A stretch of DNA of 61,988 nt from Candidatus Peribacteria bacterium. Its GTDB lineage: Bacteria; Patescibacteriota; Gracilibacteria; BD1-5; UBA2023. A program made the translations under genes and the position numbers. Below are positions 48,609 to 60,553 of the stretch, piece by piece. The stretch's first letter is position 1; each line of letters starts with the position of its first letter. The notes below the pieces were generated by a model, which had not been told where the DNA came from, did not search any database, and was given only the letters and a program-made list of their open reading frames with translations. The stretch covers positions 1 to 61,988 of the forward strand of contig JBEICN010000001.1 of NCBI GenBank assembly GCA_040383945.1. The letters run 5' to 3'.

Positions 48609-50009
48609 TTATGCCCTGAGCTCCAATCGTACTACCGTCTCTATATGATGCGTATGAGGAAACATATCAACAGGAACAACATCCGTCAATACATACTTAC
48701 CTTCTGCGAGCAGTATTTCCAAATCTCGTACCAGAGTGGATGGATTACAACTGACATACAAAATTTCTCGTGCTCCAAACGCCAAAATATTTGGGAGTGC
48801 CGTCGGATGCATGCCATCCCGTGGGGGATCAATAACAAGAGTATCAGCGGATTGCTTTTGCTCAAGATACTCCTTGAGAAATTTTTCTACTGGAGCTTGA
48901 ACAGCTTCAAAATTTGATATTTGGTTTATTTGAGCATTGACACGAGCATCAGCACTTGAGTCCTCAACTATTTCAACAGAACACACTCGGTCAAACAAAT
49001 GCGACAGAAGAATTCCAATAGTTCCCGTCCCAGCATAGAGATCAAGCAAAGTTCCACCTTGTGATTTTACCAGAGAAATAACCGTGGCGTAGAGTGCTTT
49101 GGCGCCAGTAGAATTTGTTTGGAAAAAACTCTTTGGTCGAATTTCAAAGGTTTTTCCAAGGAGTGTTTCCCGAATCGTACCTGTACCTTGGAGAATTTCT
49201 GCCTCTCCTGTGACAATATCCGCGAGTCCAGTGTTGTGAAACAGCACCTGGGTGGCAATATCAGTACGCTTGGCCATGTGTTGCCAAACCCCATCAAATT
49301 GAACTTGATCAAAAGCAGGATCTTTGGTATTGAGACTATATACCAGCATTTTCTGACCCGTAGTCTTAGCTTCCCGTACGACAAGATGTCGCCAAACCCC
49401 TTTAGTGGTCTTTGGATCGTAGGTAGGGATACCGCTCGCTCGCGATAGACGATTGACTTCCTGAAAAATCTCGTTGACAGAATCACTTGCAAGAACACAA
49501 AAGTTGCAATCTATGATGCGATCGAACTCTCCTTGTTTGTGAAATCCAAAACGGAACTCATCATGAATGCCCTCTTTTGCAGATATATACTTTCCAAATG
49601 AAAACTCAAGCTTATTCCGATACCCATAAATTTCTGGGCTCGCAACAATCGAACGCCACATAGTTGTACTCAAAAAACCGCGACTTTTGAGTCAGCTGAA
49701 GCATTCTTGCACCTGTTCGTTCTTGATTCGAAGTTGCTCGGTATATTTGATGGGGAGCCATTTACATCCTCCATATACCTGAAAATGTTCTGGTAACGGC
49801 TGTTCTAGGGGGGAATGCTCCAAAACGTCGACAATCTGCCCCTCGATATGCCCCTTTCGGATTTTGAGAACCCGCACGGAAACGGTTTGCCCAGGAATCA
49901 CACCACCTGCTATCATAATAGCACGGCCATCCACCGCTCGAGCAAGTCATTTGCCACTAAAAACGAGCTTTTCTACAAGCACGGGGGAAAGTATATCATT
50001 CTTGTTCAT
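48609..50009 (-). CDS. RNA (uracil-5-)-methyltransferase, RumA/TrmA family with N-terminal TRAM-like domain
   Basis: SAM-binding LDLYAGTGTIG, DPPRDG, and the catalytic YVSCNPSTL motif. ATG at 50009. Three pieces joined over TGA. Stop TAA. Confidence 0.85.
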
Positions 50010-50143
50010 GAGAACGGCGGTTATGGTATTGGAAAGGCAGAATTTACTCTAATTTCATATAAATCCAAATAAATATCCTGGCAAGCATTTGCGTTCAAAA
50101 AAATTCCCGAATGTTGGGAATTTTTGCTGCTCATGGGAATGCT

Positions 50144-50689
50144 CTATCTCACCTCTCCTCCTTGGCTCGAGAGTTCATACACCCCCTCCGAGGTAGTCAC
50201 ACGAGGCGCTGAAATATTGATGATTGCAGGTCCTTCCCGCTGAATCGTAAAGCCAAGTGATGCAATAATACTACCTGCAGGAATATCAGTAGGCTCAGAG
50301 AATAAAACTTTGATGAGAGAAACTCCCGGCAGGTTGGATGTCACGGCAATATCTCGTGATGCAATAGCTCCTGCCTGATCTATGGCACCAAATTTGAGAG
50401 CCTCTGGATTGGCCAAAATCGTGAGTTCGATTTCCTTGACCTTCTGCATCGCTCTCTCCATGCGGATATTCGCTCGATCCGTACCTGGCATGCTTTGAAA
50501 AATACTCATATCAGCGACGACTTCTGACTTTGATCCGACTGCCTCAATAGCAGAAGCCTGCATTTTGACGCCAGCATCCGTATTGAATAAAAAAACATTG
50601 ACGCCAAGAGCAAATGCAAATGCACTCACACCAACAGCAAGATGCTTTCGGAGAGTGACTTTTTTAAATTCTTGAAAAATATCTTTCAT
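50144..50689 (-). CDS. hypothetical membrane-anchored/secreted protein
   Basis: ATG at 50689. One N-terminal hydrophobic helix (AVGVSAFAFALGVNVFLF). Stop TAG. Confidence 0.5.
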   Translation of the reverse strand: MKDIFQEFKKVTLRKHLAVGVSAFAFALGVNVFLFNTDAGVKMQASAIEAVGSKSEVVADMSIFQSMPGTDRANIRMERAMQKVKEIELTILANPEALKFGAIDQAGAIASRDIAVTSNLPGVSLIKVLFSEPTDIPAGSIIASLGFTIQREGPAIINISAPRVTTSEGVYELSSQGGEVR

Positions 50690-50755
50690 AAAACAAGGAT
50701 TGATTAGGATGAGTGTATTCAAAACGACCTATTCGGTCAAACATTCTCTTACAAA

Positions 50756-51421
50756 ATGACAGTAATATCTATCTGAGTTGACGAAGCTGGACGTGGTGCA
50801 TGGGCGTGACCGGTGGTTGCGTGAGCTTTTGTGATACTCCAGCCAAAGTTCAAAAAGCGGGAGGTGTACTCAAAAATCAATGATTCAAAACAATTGACCA
50901 AAATACAACGAAACTGGATATTTGAAGAGCTGGCGAGTGCACAAAAGCTCTGAGAGATAGCTTTTCATGCCGCTGATATTTGGCCAGATAGTATCGATCA
51001 AGTGGGGATCAAAGAGGCAAATCGCGAAGCCATGGAGCAAGCCATTCATGGAGTGCTTGAAAAGATTTTTACATCAACGAGAAAGCAGCCTCTGGAAATA
51101 GAGATTCATATTGATGGAAATGATCACTATAAGTTTGATTTTGGAAAACAAAAACAACAACTTCACCTATCCGTATCAGAACATGTACGAGGAGACCAGA
51201 AATTCAAATGTATTTGAGCCGCATCGATATTGGCCAAAGTAACCCGAGACACCCTGATGGAATGATATTTTGAAAAATTTCCAGATTACGGTTTTGAGAA
51301 ACACAAAGGATACGGCACGGCTCAGCATCGTGAAGCCCTGGCTCGTTTTGGCATACTGGAAATACACCGAAAGTCATATTCCCCAATAAAATACTTGATT
51401 CTATGAGCAAAAAAACTATAG
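50756..51421 (+). CDS. rnhB: ribonuclease HII
   Basis: MTVISI[TGA][34 protein letters not shown], and KGYGTAQH. Stop TAG at 51419-51421. Confidence 0.85.
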
Positions 51422-51447
51422 TTTTGCCATAATTTAATGCTTTTTCC

Positions 51448-52590
51448 GTGAAAAAAATAATTGCTTTATGTATTTTGCTCAGTCTGACTATTTGAGCTCC
51501 GCTCGCTGGGGCAGTCACTCAGACAGGTTCTACTATGGTCTTACCTACCAATATTAGTCAAAATGTTACCAGAGTAGTAGAATCAACCCTCAGCACAAAT
51601 ACCGGAGAAACCGCCATTGCGCAAGATGAGGTTTCACTCGCGCTCGGGAAACTCATACAAATCTACGAAAAGCGAGTGACTCGTCTTCAAGATGAAGTGA
51701 ATCGACTTCGCATCGAAAATGACGCCCTCAAGTCAAAAATCGCTCTACAAAATGGCACTACTCCAGCGGTAGAAACGGTAGCAAGCAAGCCAACATTTCC
51801 GGTAGTTTCTAGTCAAAAAACAGAAGTAGAAAAAAAATACGATATCATTGTCTCTAATATCGTAAATAGTCTTCCAGCAATACTCAAGAAGTATAACATT
51901 TCAGCTACCGGAAGTATTGGGCTATTTGAATTCATAGAACCAAAAAACTTCTTCATTTCGATAGACGACGGTAAAAACCCAGCAGGTATTACCGCATTCA
52001 AAACCAAAATTCTCTTTGAATACGACGCAAATCTCAATCTCAAAGTAGTCGGTACATTTGATCTTGACTACGCTACGAGTCGATATGTGACTCTTGCTTG
52101 AGGAAATCCGTTTTCTGGCGTGGCTCGCATACGAGTAAAAAATCCAAGCTATACCGGAAAGCTCATGGAAGAAGTGGCTATATCAACAACGAACACTTCC
52201 ATAATTTCAAGCACACCTCTCACCAGCACTGGCACTCTTTCTACAACAAGTACAACTAATTCTGGAGCTACGCCAGCAAAAGGTACTGCAACGCTCGACA
52301 GTATACGAAAGGCATATGAAAAAAATAAGCTCGGGGATGTGGTTCAAATGAGTACCACGTATCTACAAACCAATCCAAACAATGTTGAAGTATTAACGAT
52401 GCGAGCGAGAAGCCAGTATATATTCAGTAAATTCGATGAAGCGCTCAATGACATAGATGGGATTTACAAGATACAAGGTCAAGCTATTGATTGTGGTATC
52501 GTAAATGATGGAGCTCGCGCAGAAAAGGCGCTCAAAGGAGCTCGAGGAAATGTATTTGGAGCCCTACAAAGCACCAAGTGTAAAAGATAA
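51448..52590 (+). CDS. hypothetical secreted protein
   Basis: GTG start with signal peptide KKIIALCILLSLTI. Coiled-coil segment, Ser/Thr-rich linker, and a TPR-like C-terminus. Pieces 51535..52101 and 52120..52590 are in frame. Confidence 0.5.
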
Positions 52591-52634
52591 TTTGGCAGAA
52601 CTTGTTGCCATTTCATGCAGGGAGTGCCAAGAAG

Positions 52635-55001
52635 TTACTCGGATATCTCGAGAGTTGTCTCAGTCAGGGGTATAGAAGATGTGACTGGTGCCGGAGGAAG
52701 TTTTGTGAAAAATACGCTAAAACAACTCCCCTTGCCCACCTCGCTTTGTAGCTCAATCCTTCCTTCCATCCGAGTAATGACTTCTTTTACAAAAGCAAGC
52801 CCCAATCAAGTTCCTTCGTAGGTTCGTGAGAGCGGATTTTCGCTTTGGCCAAATTTTTCAAAAACCTTCTGATAATCTTTTTCTGCAATGCCCACCCCGG
52901 TATCGATTACGGAAAGAACGAGCTCGCTTCATTGCCTATGAATATCAAGCGATACCTTTCCACCGGGCGGAGTAAACTTGAGTGAGTTTCCGACCAGATT
53001 CAAAATCGCCTTTCTCGTTTGATCCATATCCCCAATGATAATTGGTGACTCTATGAGATCTCCTTCGCTGAATTCCATTTTGATGTTTCGATCAACCGAA
53101 ATCGCATGAACTTCATTCAAAATGCTTTGACAAATCTCTCGAAGCGATACGGCCTCTTCTTGAAGCACCATGTGTCCAGATTCCAACTTTGCCAATTGAA
53201 GCATTTGGTTGATGATATTAAAAAGTCGATTTCACGAAGATTGGACAATATTGAGAGCTTTTGTAGCTGGCTCCGGAAGGATACCGTAGTCCCCATCTAT
53301 GAGCATGGAAATATATCATAGAATAGAGGTTATAGGGGTGCGAAGCTCATGCGATGCAATGTTCAGAAACGAATCCTTGCTGTCGGATAGTCTCTGTAAT
53401 TGAGCCCGCTCTAATGCTTCTTTTCGCAATTCTCGAAGATCAAGCATCATTCCTACCGTTCCAGTAGGAATAGGTATACCCGTAAGCCGAACTGGTATGA
53501 TTTCATTTGATTTGGAAAGCAAGTCTCCTTCATATGTGGATTTCTGTCCGTGTTCTCGAACTTCATTGTTATTTTGAACGGTGGCAATCGAGTCCTTTGC
53601 CCAAAAATCGAATGATTTTCTTCCCATCATTTCATCGAGTGTATATCCGACCAGCTCTTCAAATCGAGAATTCGCATACACCGTTTGCTCCTCCTTATCA
53701 CCCATCCAAATAGCCACGGGAGCATTATCGATAATTTTTTTTAGTGCCTCGTGCTGAGAATTTTGCAAATGATCAATGCGCTGTTTTTCATCCTTCATCG
53801 CCTCTTTGAGGACATTTGTTTCGCTCGTATTGAGGACCAATTGATTTTGAAGAATTCAGCGCAAAAAATTAAAACTATTGAGAATGGGATTATTGGCATG
53901 CTTCTCAAATAAATCCCGTACGGTATAATCGGGAATTTTTGTAGTGTGAGAGTCTGAAATAACTACGAGTCAAAGAGTTTGTGATAAGCTTTCATTGGTA
54001 CCATGAAATGGACTAAAAGCGACATTTCAGAAAACTCCGATAATCCCATTTTCTAAATCGGACTTAAGATTCCATTCAAGACTTTCTCCAAGTAACGCAT
54101 ATCTGGAATTATCCGTAAATATAAACCCACCTTCATGCTGAGTATTGCATAAAAAAGAGATGCAATATCAAATTCCACTCAATACCTGGTCGCTCGATAG
54201 CATACTCAAATGTGCATCTTCTCCCTCAAAAACGCTTCCGCTCCATGTAATACTTTTGGTAGAAAAATCAACTTTGACAATCGAGCGTGGGGCGGGAACA
54301 CCATTTCGTATTACGGACAACGGAAACTCAATGGTCTCTTTTTTGAGAACTTTATGTATATAGGATTCTCCAAGAACGGAGTTGATATATTCCAGTGCCG
54401 GCATTCCATGTAGCTCCAAAGTTGTGGTTCCTCTTGAAGCTCCCACTTTGAAAGAATTCCCCAACGGAAATACATCACTTTGAACTTTTGATTGGAATAT
54501 GATATCTCCATAAAAAAATATAGCTACACTCTGATCAACCACCTCATGGTGATTGAATAATCCAAATGCTTCTGACTGGAAGAATGCTCCTCCGTATACG
54601 GGAGTATCTGTGGGTACGCCCTCACACCTTCGCAGATCTCATTCTGGATCCGTTTTCCCAAAGCCAAAAAGAAATATTCCAGATGCCTTTTTGGACGGAA
54701 TTTTCGCAATATTCTCTCCTATTGGGGTGACCTCGCAAGTAAACGACCCGGACAAAATAGTCACCACGACGGTGTCGATAGAATTCTTATTTCCATTGGA
54801 AGAAACATTTCCTCCCGAAATCAGACACACATTCGCTCAAGGGAAGCTTTCTTTGAGCTGCATGTGTGCTTGTTGTCCGCGAACACTCTGGGACGGGTCA
54901 CAAAAAATAAATACTACTGTGGTGTCAAATGTATGCGTGGCAACTTCCATTTGTTCACAAATATTCTTCCATTGGTTCGATTCAAAGCTTCGAAAGAGCA
55001 T
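52635..55001 (-). CDS. cytoplasmic sensor histidine kinase (N-terminal FIST-like region, PAS, HisKA, HATPase_c)
   Basis: H-box SHELRTP, N-box LVGNSLKFTP, G-boxes DTGVGI and T[TGA]LGLAFV. PAS-like segment APVAIWMGDKEEQTVYANSRFEELVGY. About 390 aa of N-terminal sensory region without TM helices. Five same-frame pieces. ATG at 55001. Stop TAA at 52635-52637. Confidence 0.8.
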
Positions 55002-55010
55002 TATCTCATG

Positions 55011-55448
55011 TTAAAAATGAAAGCCACAATTTGGGCAGGTAGTCTGAGCGGGAACATGGGAAGGCGCTGGAGCGGCATCACCCAAAAGTTTTCTTACATA
55101 CGCCACTGCCGAAGCTGGAGTAGTTTCTGCTTTTACAAGATATCCATCCGCCCCAAGTTCTTTGGCCTTATTGCGATCTCCCTCTCCACTCAAGTTTGAG
55201 AAAATAATAATTTTTGTAGTCTCAAGAGATGGAGCTAATTTGCGAATAACACGAATGGTTTCAAAACCATTCATCGTAGGCATCATCATATCCAAAAGGA
55301 TAACTCCTGGGGAAAATGTTCAGATAATAGTGGTAGCAACTATGCCATTTTCTGCAATTTTCACATGAAATCCTTCGCGTTCAAACTTCCCCGCATACAT
55401 CTCTGCAATAATCGGATCATCTTCGACAATAAGTAGATTTTGGTTCAT
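55011..55448 (-). CDS. single-domain response regulator (CheY-like receiver) with a short Cys-containing tail
   Basis: LLIVEDD, phospho-acceptor LLDMMMP, and a conserved Lys in LVKA. The C-terminal tail ends TTCPNCGFHF. One TGA. Stop TAA, 10 nt before the kinase ATG. Confidence 0.8.
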
Positions 55449-55634
55449 ATAGATGAGTTATTTAAGACATTACACCATATGTGATGCTCCGAGTCAAAGA
55501 TTGAAATAGAAAATACTTGAGAGAAGCTACTTCAAGAGCTATGTCTTCATAGGCATAGCCATTGGCAAAAAATAAAAATACCCATAAAAAAAATCCCGGA
55601 CTATCTCAAAATCCAGGATTTTCAAAAATATTTC

Positions 55635-57281
55635 TTAATACATTCCCCCCATTCCTCCCATTCCTTCTGCGTGAGCCCCATGTGCAGCAGGTGCTGTGGT
55701 TGCCGGTGCATCTATGATAAGCGCCTCTGTGGTCAAGAACATGCTCGATACAGAAATAGCATTTTCCAAAGCACAACGCGCCACTTTTTTGGGATCGATA
55801 ATTCCCATTTTGATCATATCAACAAATGCATCTTGCGCCGCATCGTATCCATAATTTGGTTCTTTGGATCGAATAATTGAGTCCACGATAAGGGCCCCTT
55901 CTTTCCCCGCGTTTTCCGCAATTTGTCGTACTGGATAACTGAGAGCTCGGGCTACGATTTGTGCTCAAATTTCCTGGTCTCGATTACCAAACTTTATATC
56001 AGCCAAAATTGCCGAAGCTCGAAGTAGTGCCACTCCTCCACCCGAGACAATACCCTCTTCGACCGCCGCCTTGGTGGCATTCAGAGCATCTTCGATTCGG
56101 AGCTTTTTCTCTTTCATTTCTACCTCACTCGCTGCCCCCACCTTAATTACGGCAATTCCACCTGCAAGCTTTGCGAGTCGTTCCTGTAATTTTTCTCGAT
56201 CATAGTCTGACTCCGTGCTTTCGATTTGTCTTTGAATTTCAACAACTCGAGCCGTAATGGAAGAGGTATCTCCCAGTCCTCCGATAATGGTGGTCGAGTC
56301 TTTTTTGGCGATGACCGTTTTGGCTCGTCCGAGATGTTCTAGTGTGGCCATTTCGAGCTTGAGTCCAAGCTCATCCGTGATTACCGTCGCACCTGTAAGA
56401 ATTGCCAAATCTTTAAGAATTTCTTTTTTTCGATCTCCAAACCCAGGAGATTTTACCGCCAACACATTCAACACACCTTGAAGTTTATTGAAGACAATAC
56501 CCGTAAGTGCATCTCCATCCACATCATCTGCAATGATGACAATATCTCGTTTACCCGTCTTGGTCAATGATTCGAGAATAGGGAGAATATCCTTAAAATT
56601 TGAAATTTTTTTATCGGTGATAAGCAGATGCGCGTCATTAAAACGAGCTTCCATTTTGTCTTTTTCCGTCACCATATACGGAGAAATGTATCCGTTATCG
56701 AATTTCATCCCCTCGGTGAGTTCTACGGTAAGTCCGAGTGTCTGTCCTCCTTCGATAGTGATTACCCCATTTTTCCCCACCTTGTTCATGGCATCAGAGA
56801 TAATGTTTCCAACCTCTGAATCCTGAGCAGAAATAGTGGCAACCTGAGCAATTTCTTCCTTGGTGGAAATCATTTTTGCATTTCGTACGAGCTCCTGAAC
56901 CACAGCTTCTCCGGCCTTCTTCATTCCATTCTTAAGCTCAATAGCGTTGATACCAGATCGAATTTCTCGTAATCCCTCTTTTATCATAGCATAAGTAAGA
57001 AGTGTGGCGGTTGTAGTACCATCACCAGCCGCATCATTCGTGCGGGATGCAGCTTCTTTGACGAGCTCGGCCCCCATGTTTTCAATCTTATCCTCGAGTT
57101 CGATCTCTTTTGCAATCGTAACTCCGTCATTGGTGATTTGAGGAGCTCCGTAACCTTTGGAGAAAATTACGTTTCGCCCCTTAGGACCTATAGTGGCAGT
57201 TACCGTTTTGGCAACTTTTTCAACTCCGTTAAACATTTTGAGTCGTGCTTCATCACCAAAGTGAATGTGTTTTGTTGTCAT
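55635..57281 (-). CDS. groEL: chaperonin GroEL
   Basis: [19 protein letters not shown], and a C-terminal GGMGGM tail. One TGA at 55965-55967. Confidence 0.95.
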
Positions 57282-57350
57282 AGTAAAAATGTTATTGACT
57301 AATTATGTATTGTATTTAGAGTAGATTTGCCGTAACACAGGAGAGACATC

Positions 57351-57860
57351 ATGGCACATATTCCTCGAATCATAGCGAGAGCATCGCAAGGATGGAGTGG
57401 CGTTACCGAATGGGCTTTCATGGCGATCATCATCATGTTCGCAGTTGGAATGCTCATGCTCCTCGGCTGGATGATTCCACTGGTTCTGGGATACCCATTC
57501 TACCTGGTATACACCAAGCTCTTTAGCTTTGGTGTAAGCCCGGCGGAATCATTCTGGCTCACATTGGCTCTGACATATTTTGTTTGGCTTTTGACATGGT
57601 TTGTCAAACGCTTGGACTCTATCATCAGAGGCTGATTCTCCGAAAGCCACAGTGCAAACTGTGGCTTTCAGTCCGCTAGGAGATCTTTGCGAGTATATAC
57701 TCGTATGCCACGATCTTGTATTTTTTTCCATCAAGCTCCACTTCATCTCAAGAATATTGCCCAGAAAGTACTCGGTCTCCTGGGACCAAATCAATGGTTA
57801 CCATTTTTCAATTTTTATCTTCTCGACCTGGTCCGACAGCAATTACTTCATATACATTAG
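57351..57860 (+). CDS. small hydrophobic ORF between groEL and groES (94 aa to TGA at 57633-57635; 169 aa if TGA is read as Gly)
   Basis: AGGAG lies 7 nt upstream of the ATG. Three predicted TM helices. The TGA is followed immediately by an 11 bp-stem hairpin. Under table 25 the frame continues antisense into groES to TAG at 57858-57860. It is uncertain whether this gene is real. Confidence 0.35.
57641..57672. terminator. strong hairpin between groES stop and the + strand ORF
   Basis: GAAAGCCACAG-TGCAAA-CTGTGGCTTTC: an 11 bp perfect stem, 3 nt downstream of the groES TAG. Confidence 0.55.
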
Positions 57861-57966
57861 GTCGCTCCTTGTTGGAGCTATTTGGGATAAGAATCCCTGA
57901 TTTTGTAACATTTTCCGGCTCAACTCCTTGAAGAAGTACGCGGTCGGAAAGTGGAAATATCTGCAT
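57676..57966 (-). CDS. groES: co-chaperonin GroES
   Basis: MQIFPLSDRVLLQGVEPENVTKSGILIPNSSNKERPNVYEVIAVGPGR...VPGDRVLSGQYSGDEVELDGKKYKIV matches the GroES consensus. One TGA at 57808-57810. Missed as a single ORF in the standard-code track. Confidence 0.85.
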
Positions 57967-57988
57967 AGTGACGATGTTTAAAGAAATA

Positions 57989-58015
57989 TAAGCACCTAAA
58001 TTATATACGTGCCAA
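57989..58015. promoter_or_regulatory. CIRCE-like inverted repeat upstream of groES
   Basis: TAAGCACCT-N9-ACGTGCCAA against the CIRCE consensus TTAGCACTC-N9-GAGTGCTAA (6/9 matches in each arm, exact spacing), 23 nt upstream of the groES ATG. Confidence 0.4.
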
Positions 58016-58100
58016 CAAATGAGTCAAAAAAAAAAATAGAAAAGTTTTGTAAAGTCCTCACTCTTCCCTATACTTCGCGACAAACTTATTTGAAATTCAT

Positions 58101-59894
58101 ATGAAAAACCTTGGTCTCAAATTTTCTGCGATCGCTCTACTGAGTATAATCGCACTTGGATATATTCTTCCGCTCAAAGAACACGGCATACAGCTCCCAT
58201 TTGACACTGGCACCTACCGACTTGGTCTTGATCTCCATGGGGGTGTAGAGCTTGACTATAAGATTGATTTCGAAGATCTGAAGTCACGCGGTCAAGCCTA
58301 CAATGAAAAGGATGTTACGGAGGGACTCAAGTCCATCATCGAAAAACGAGTAAATTCACTCGGTACAGCAGAGCCAACCATTAGTACTGCCAAATACGGT
58401 GACGAGTCTCACATCATTGTGCAAATACCTACACAATCATTTGAAGGGGAAAATTTGAGTGAGGCAGAATTACGAGAAAAAAACAATGAATATATCAAAA
58501 ACGCAAAGGAGACTATTGGTAAAGTAGTTCGACTCGAGTTCAAAGAAGAAAAAACAGAAGTCACGGCAGATGATGTTGCAGAACGAACTACCATAGCCAA
58601 GGCTGCCCTTGAAGAAGCAAAAAAAGGAGGAGAATTTGCGAGCATTGCCAAAAAGTATTCTCAAAATCATGAAAATACTCGGCATATTACAGACGCCAAA
58701 GTCGACTTAGAAAATCTCCCAGCCGAGCTGAGTTTTGAATCATTTAAAAAAATTACCACCACCGGACTCACCTCGCTTCTCGAAGGACAACTTGCCGGTT
58801 CATTGACTATAGATGAATCTGGAAAGCCAGTAATGACAGCGGGAGATAAAGTATTTGTCATTGCAAATATTACCGAGAACACAGAAGTAACTCGGGAGCG
58901 GCCAAAAACAGGAACTGGAAATACTACCGGAAGCGGGGAGACGGCTACCATGGAAAGCTACAAAACTCGATCATTGAGCTATGAAGCACTAGTAATAAGC
59001 CAAAAACCGAGCCAATGGACTCCTGCGAAGACGGTCGCTGGAAAAATTCTAGATGAAAAATACCTCGTCCGCGCAGGAGTGAACTTCAGCCAAGGTTTTT
59101 CTCCTCAAGTAGAACTTACTTTTAATGAAGAAGGAAAAACTATTTTTGCAGAACTTACCAAGCGACTTATTGGTAAACCAATTGCTATTTTCGTAGGGGG
59201 AGAACTTATCACCGCCCCTACAGTCCAGGCTGTTATTCCTGACGGAAAGGCAGTAATAACTGGTCAATATACTCCTGAATCCGCGAAAAAGCTCGCTACA
59301 GATATCAATACCGGTATTGTGCCAGCGCCGATTTACCTAACGAGTGAGCGGGCGATTGATGCAAAAATTGGAAACAATGCCTTGGTAGTGATTATTCAGG
59401 CTGGTCTTATAGGTTTGGTTGCCATAGTGCTCTTTCTCACTTTCTACTACCGCATATCTGGACTTCTTGCTGGTATAGCACTTGTAATCTACGCCATACT
59501 ACTCGTCGCTATTTTCAAGGCATTTGGAATAGTACTCTCTCTTGCCAGCATAGCCGGAATGATCCTTTCTGTCGGACTCGCGATCGATGCAAATATCCTC
59601 ATCTTTGAAAGAACCAAAGAAGAGCTTCGAGCCAACTCTGATCTCAATCGCGCGACATCGGTTGGATTTGGAAAATCATGGACCGCGATCTGGGATTCAC
59701 ATGTCACCTCATTGAGTTCGGCAGTTGTACTCTACATATTTGGGACCTCCCTGATAAAAGGATTTGGCTTGGCACTTGGAATAGGAATCCTCCTCTCGCT
59801 CTTTACGGCTATGTGGGTATCTCGAATACTGATTTCTTTCGTGGGCGCAAAGTTCACGCATAACATCAAAGCGTTTATCGGTCTTACCAAGTAA
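58101..59894 (+). CDS. secD: protein translocase subunit SecD
   Basis: N-terminal TM helix, large periplasmic-type domain (LGLDLHGGVEL...), and a C-terminal five-helix bundle with the GLAIDANILIFER motif. Intact in standard code, with no TGA. Confidence 0.85.
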   Translation: MKNLGLKFSAIALLSIIALGYILPLKEHGIQLPFDTGTYRLGLDLHGGVELDYKIDFEDLKSRGQAYNEKDVTEGLKSIIEKRVNSLGTAEPTISTAKYGDESHIIVQIPTQSFEGENLSEAELREKNNEYIKNAKETIGKVVRLEFKEEKTEVTADDVAERTTIAKAALEEAKKGGEFASIAKKYSQNHENTRHITDAKVDLENLPAELSFESFKKITTTGLTSLLEGQLAGSLTIDESGKPVMTAGDKVFVIANITENTEVTRERPKTGTGNTTGSGETATMESYKTRSLSYEALVISQKPSQWTPAKTVAGKILDEKYLVRAGVNFSQGFSPQVELTFNEEGKTIFAELTKRLIGKPIAIFVGGELITAPTVQAVIPDGKAVITGQYTPESAKKLATDINTGIVPAPIYLTSERAIDAKIGNNALVVIIQAGLIGLVAIVLFLTFYYRISGLLAGIALVIYAILLVAIFKAFGIVLSLASIAGMILSVGLAIDANILIFERTKEELRANSDLNRATSVGFGKSWTAIWDSHVTSLSSAVVLYIFGTSLIKGFGLALGIGILLSLFTAMWVSRILISFVGAKFTHNIKAFIGLTK

Positions 59895-59905
59895 ATACCT
59901 GCCAT

Positions 59906-60553
59906 ATGGCAAAAAATCCCCCTGTTATCGCATTGGATCTCGACTTCACTTTGGCTCGATTTCGGTGAGGTTACCCGGGGATTTTTGATATAGTTGCATC
60001 CTTTGGAATTGAAAGAATTCATGCTGAAATTGAGCTAAGACGGACTATAGAAAGTCCACGAGGCCTAAACTTGAAAGAATATGCACAGAATTTGTTTGTT
60101 CATGATACAGAAACAGCTCAAAAACTCGCTGCTCGCTTGGAAGCATATTTTGATGAAGAGTTCGATTGGTACCCCTGAGTTCGAGATATACTCGAGAATT
60201 GGAAAAAATCTGGAATTACCCTGGTGGTAGTAACTGCAGGAGCTTTGGAATTTCAATCTGCCAAAATTCGGCGGCTCGGATTTGAATTCGATGCAACACA
60301 TATTACAAATATTACTCAGAAAAACGGTAAGGCACTGATAATATCCCGCCTGCTTCAGGAATACCCTGGTCGCACCCTACTCTATGTCGACGATAAATCA
60401 TCCGAGCTCATAAATATTGCGGAAGATCCTTATGTAGATTTGAAGCGGGTTAAGTTGTTTCAAATTTCTCATGGCGACAGACCTACGAATGATCAAATTT
60501 CAAAAAAGGGAATATGCCAAAAGGTATACTCGCTCAAGGAAATGTATGGGTAA
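59906..60553 (+). CDS. HAD-superfamily hydrolase
   Basis: Motif I ALDLDFTL (DxDxT), motif II VVTAG, motif IV YVDDK. Two TGA. Stop TAA. Confidence 0.7.
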
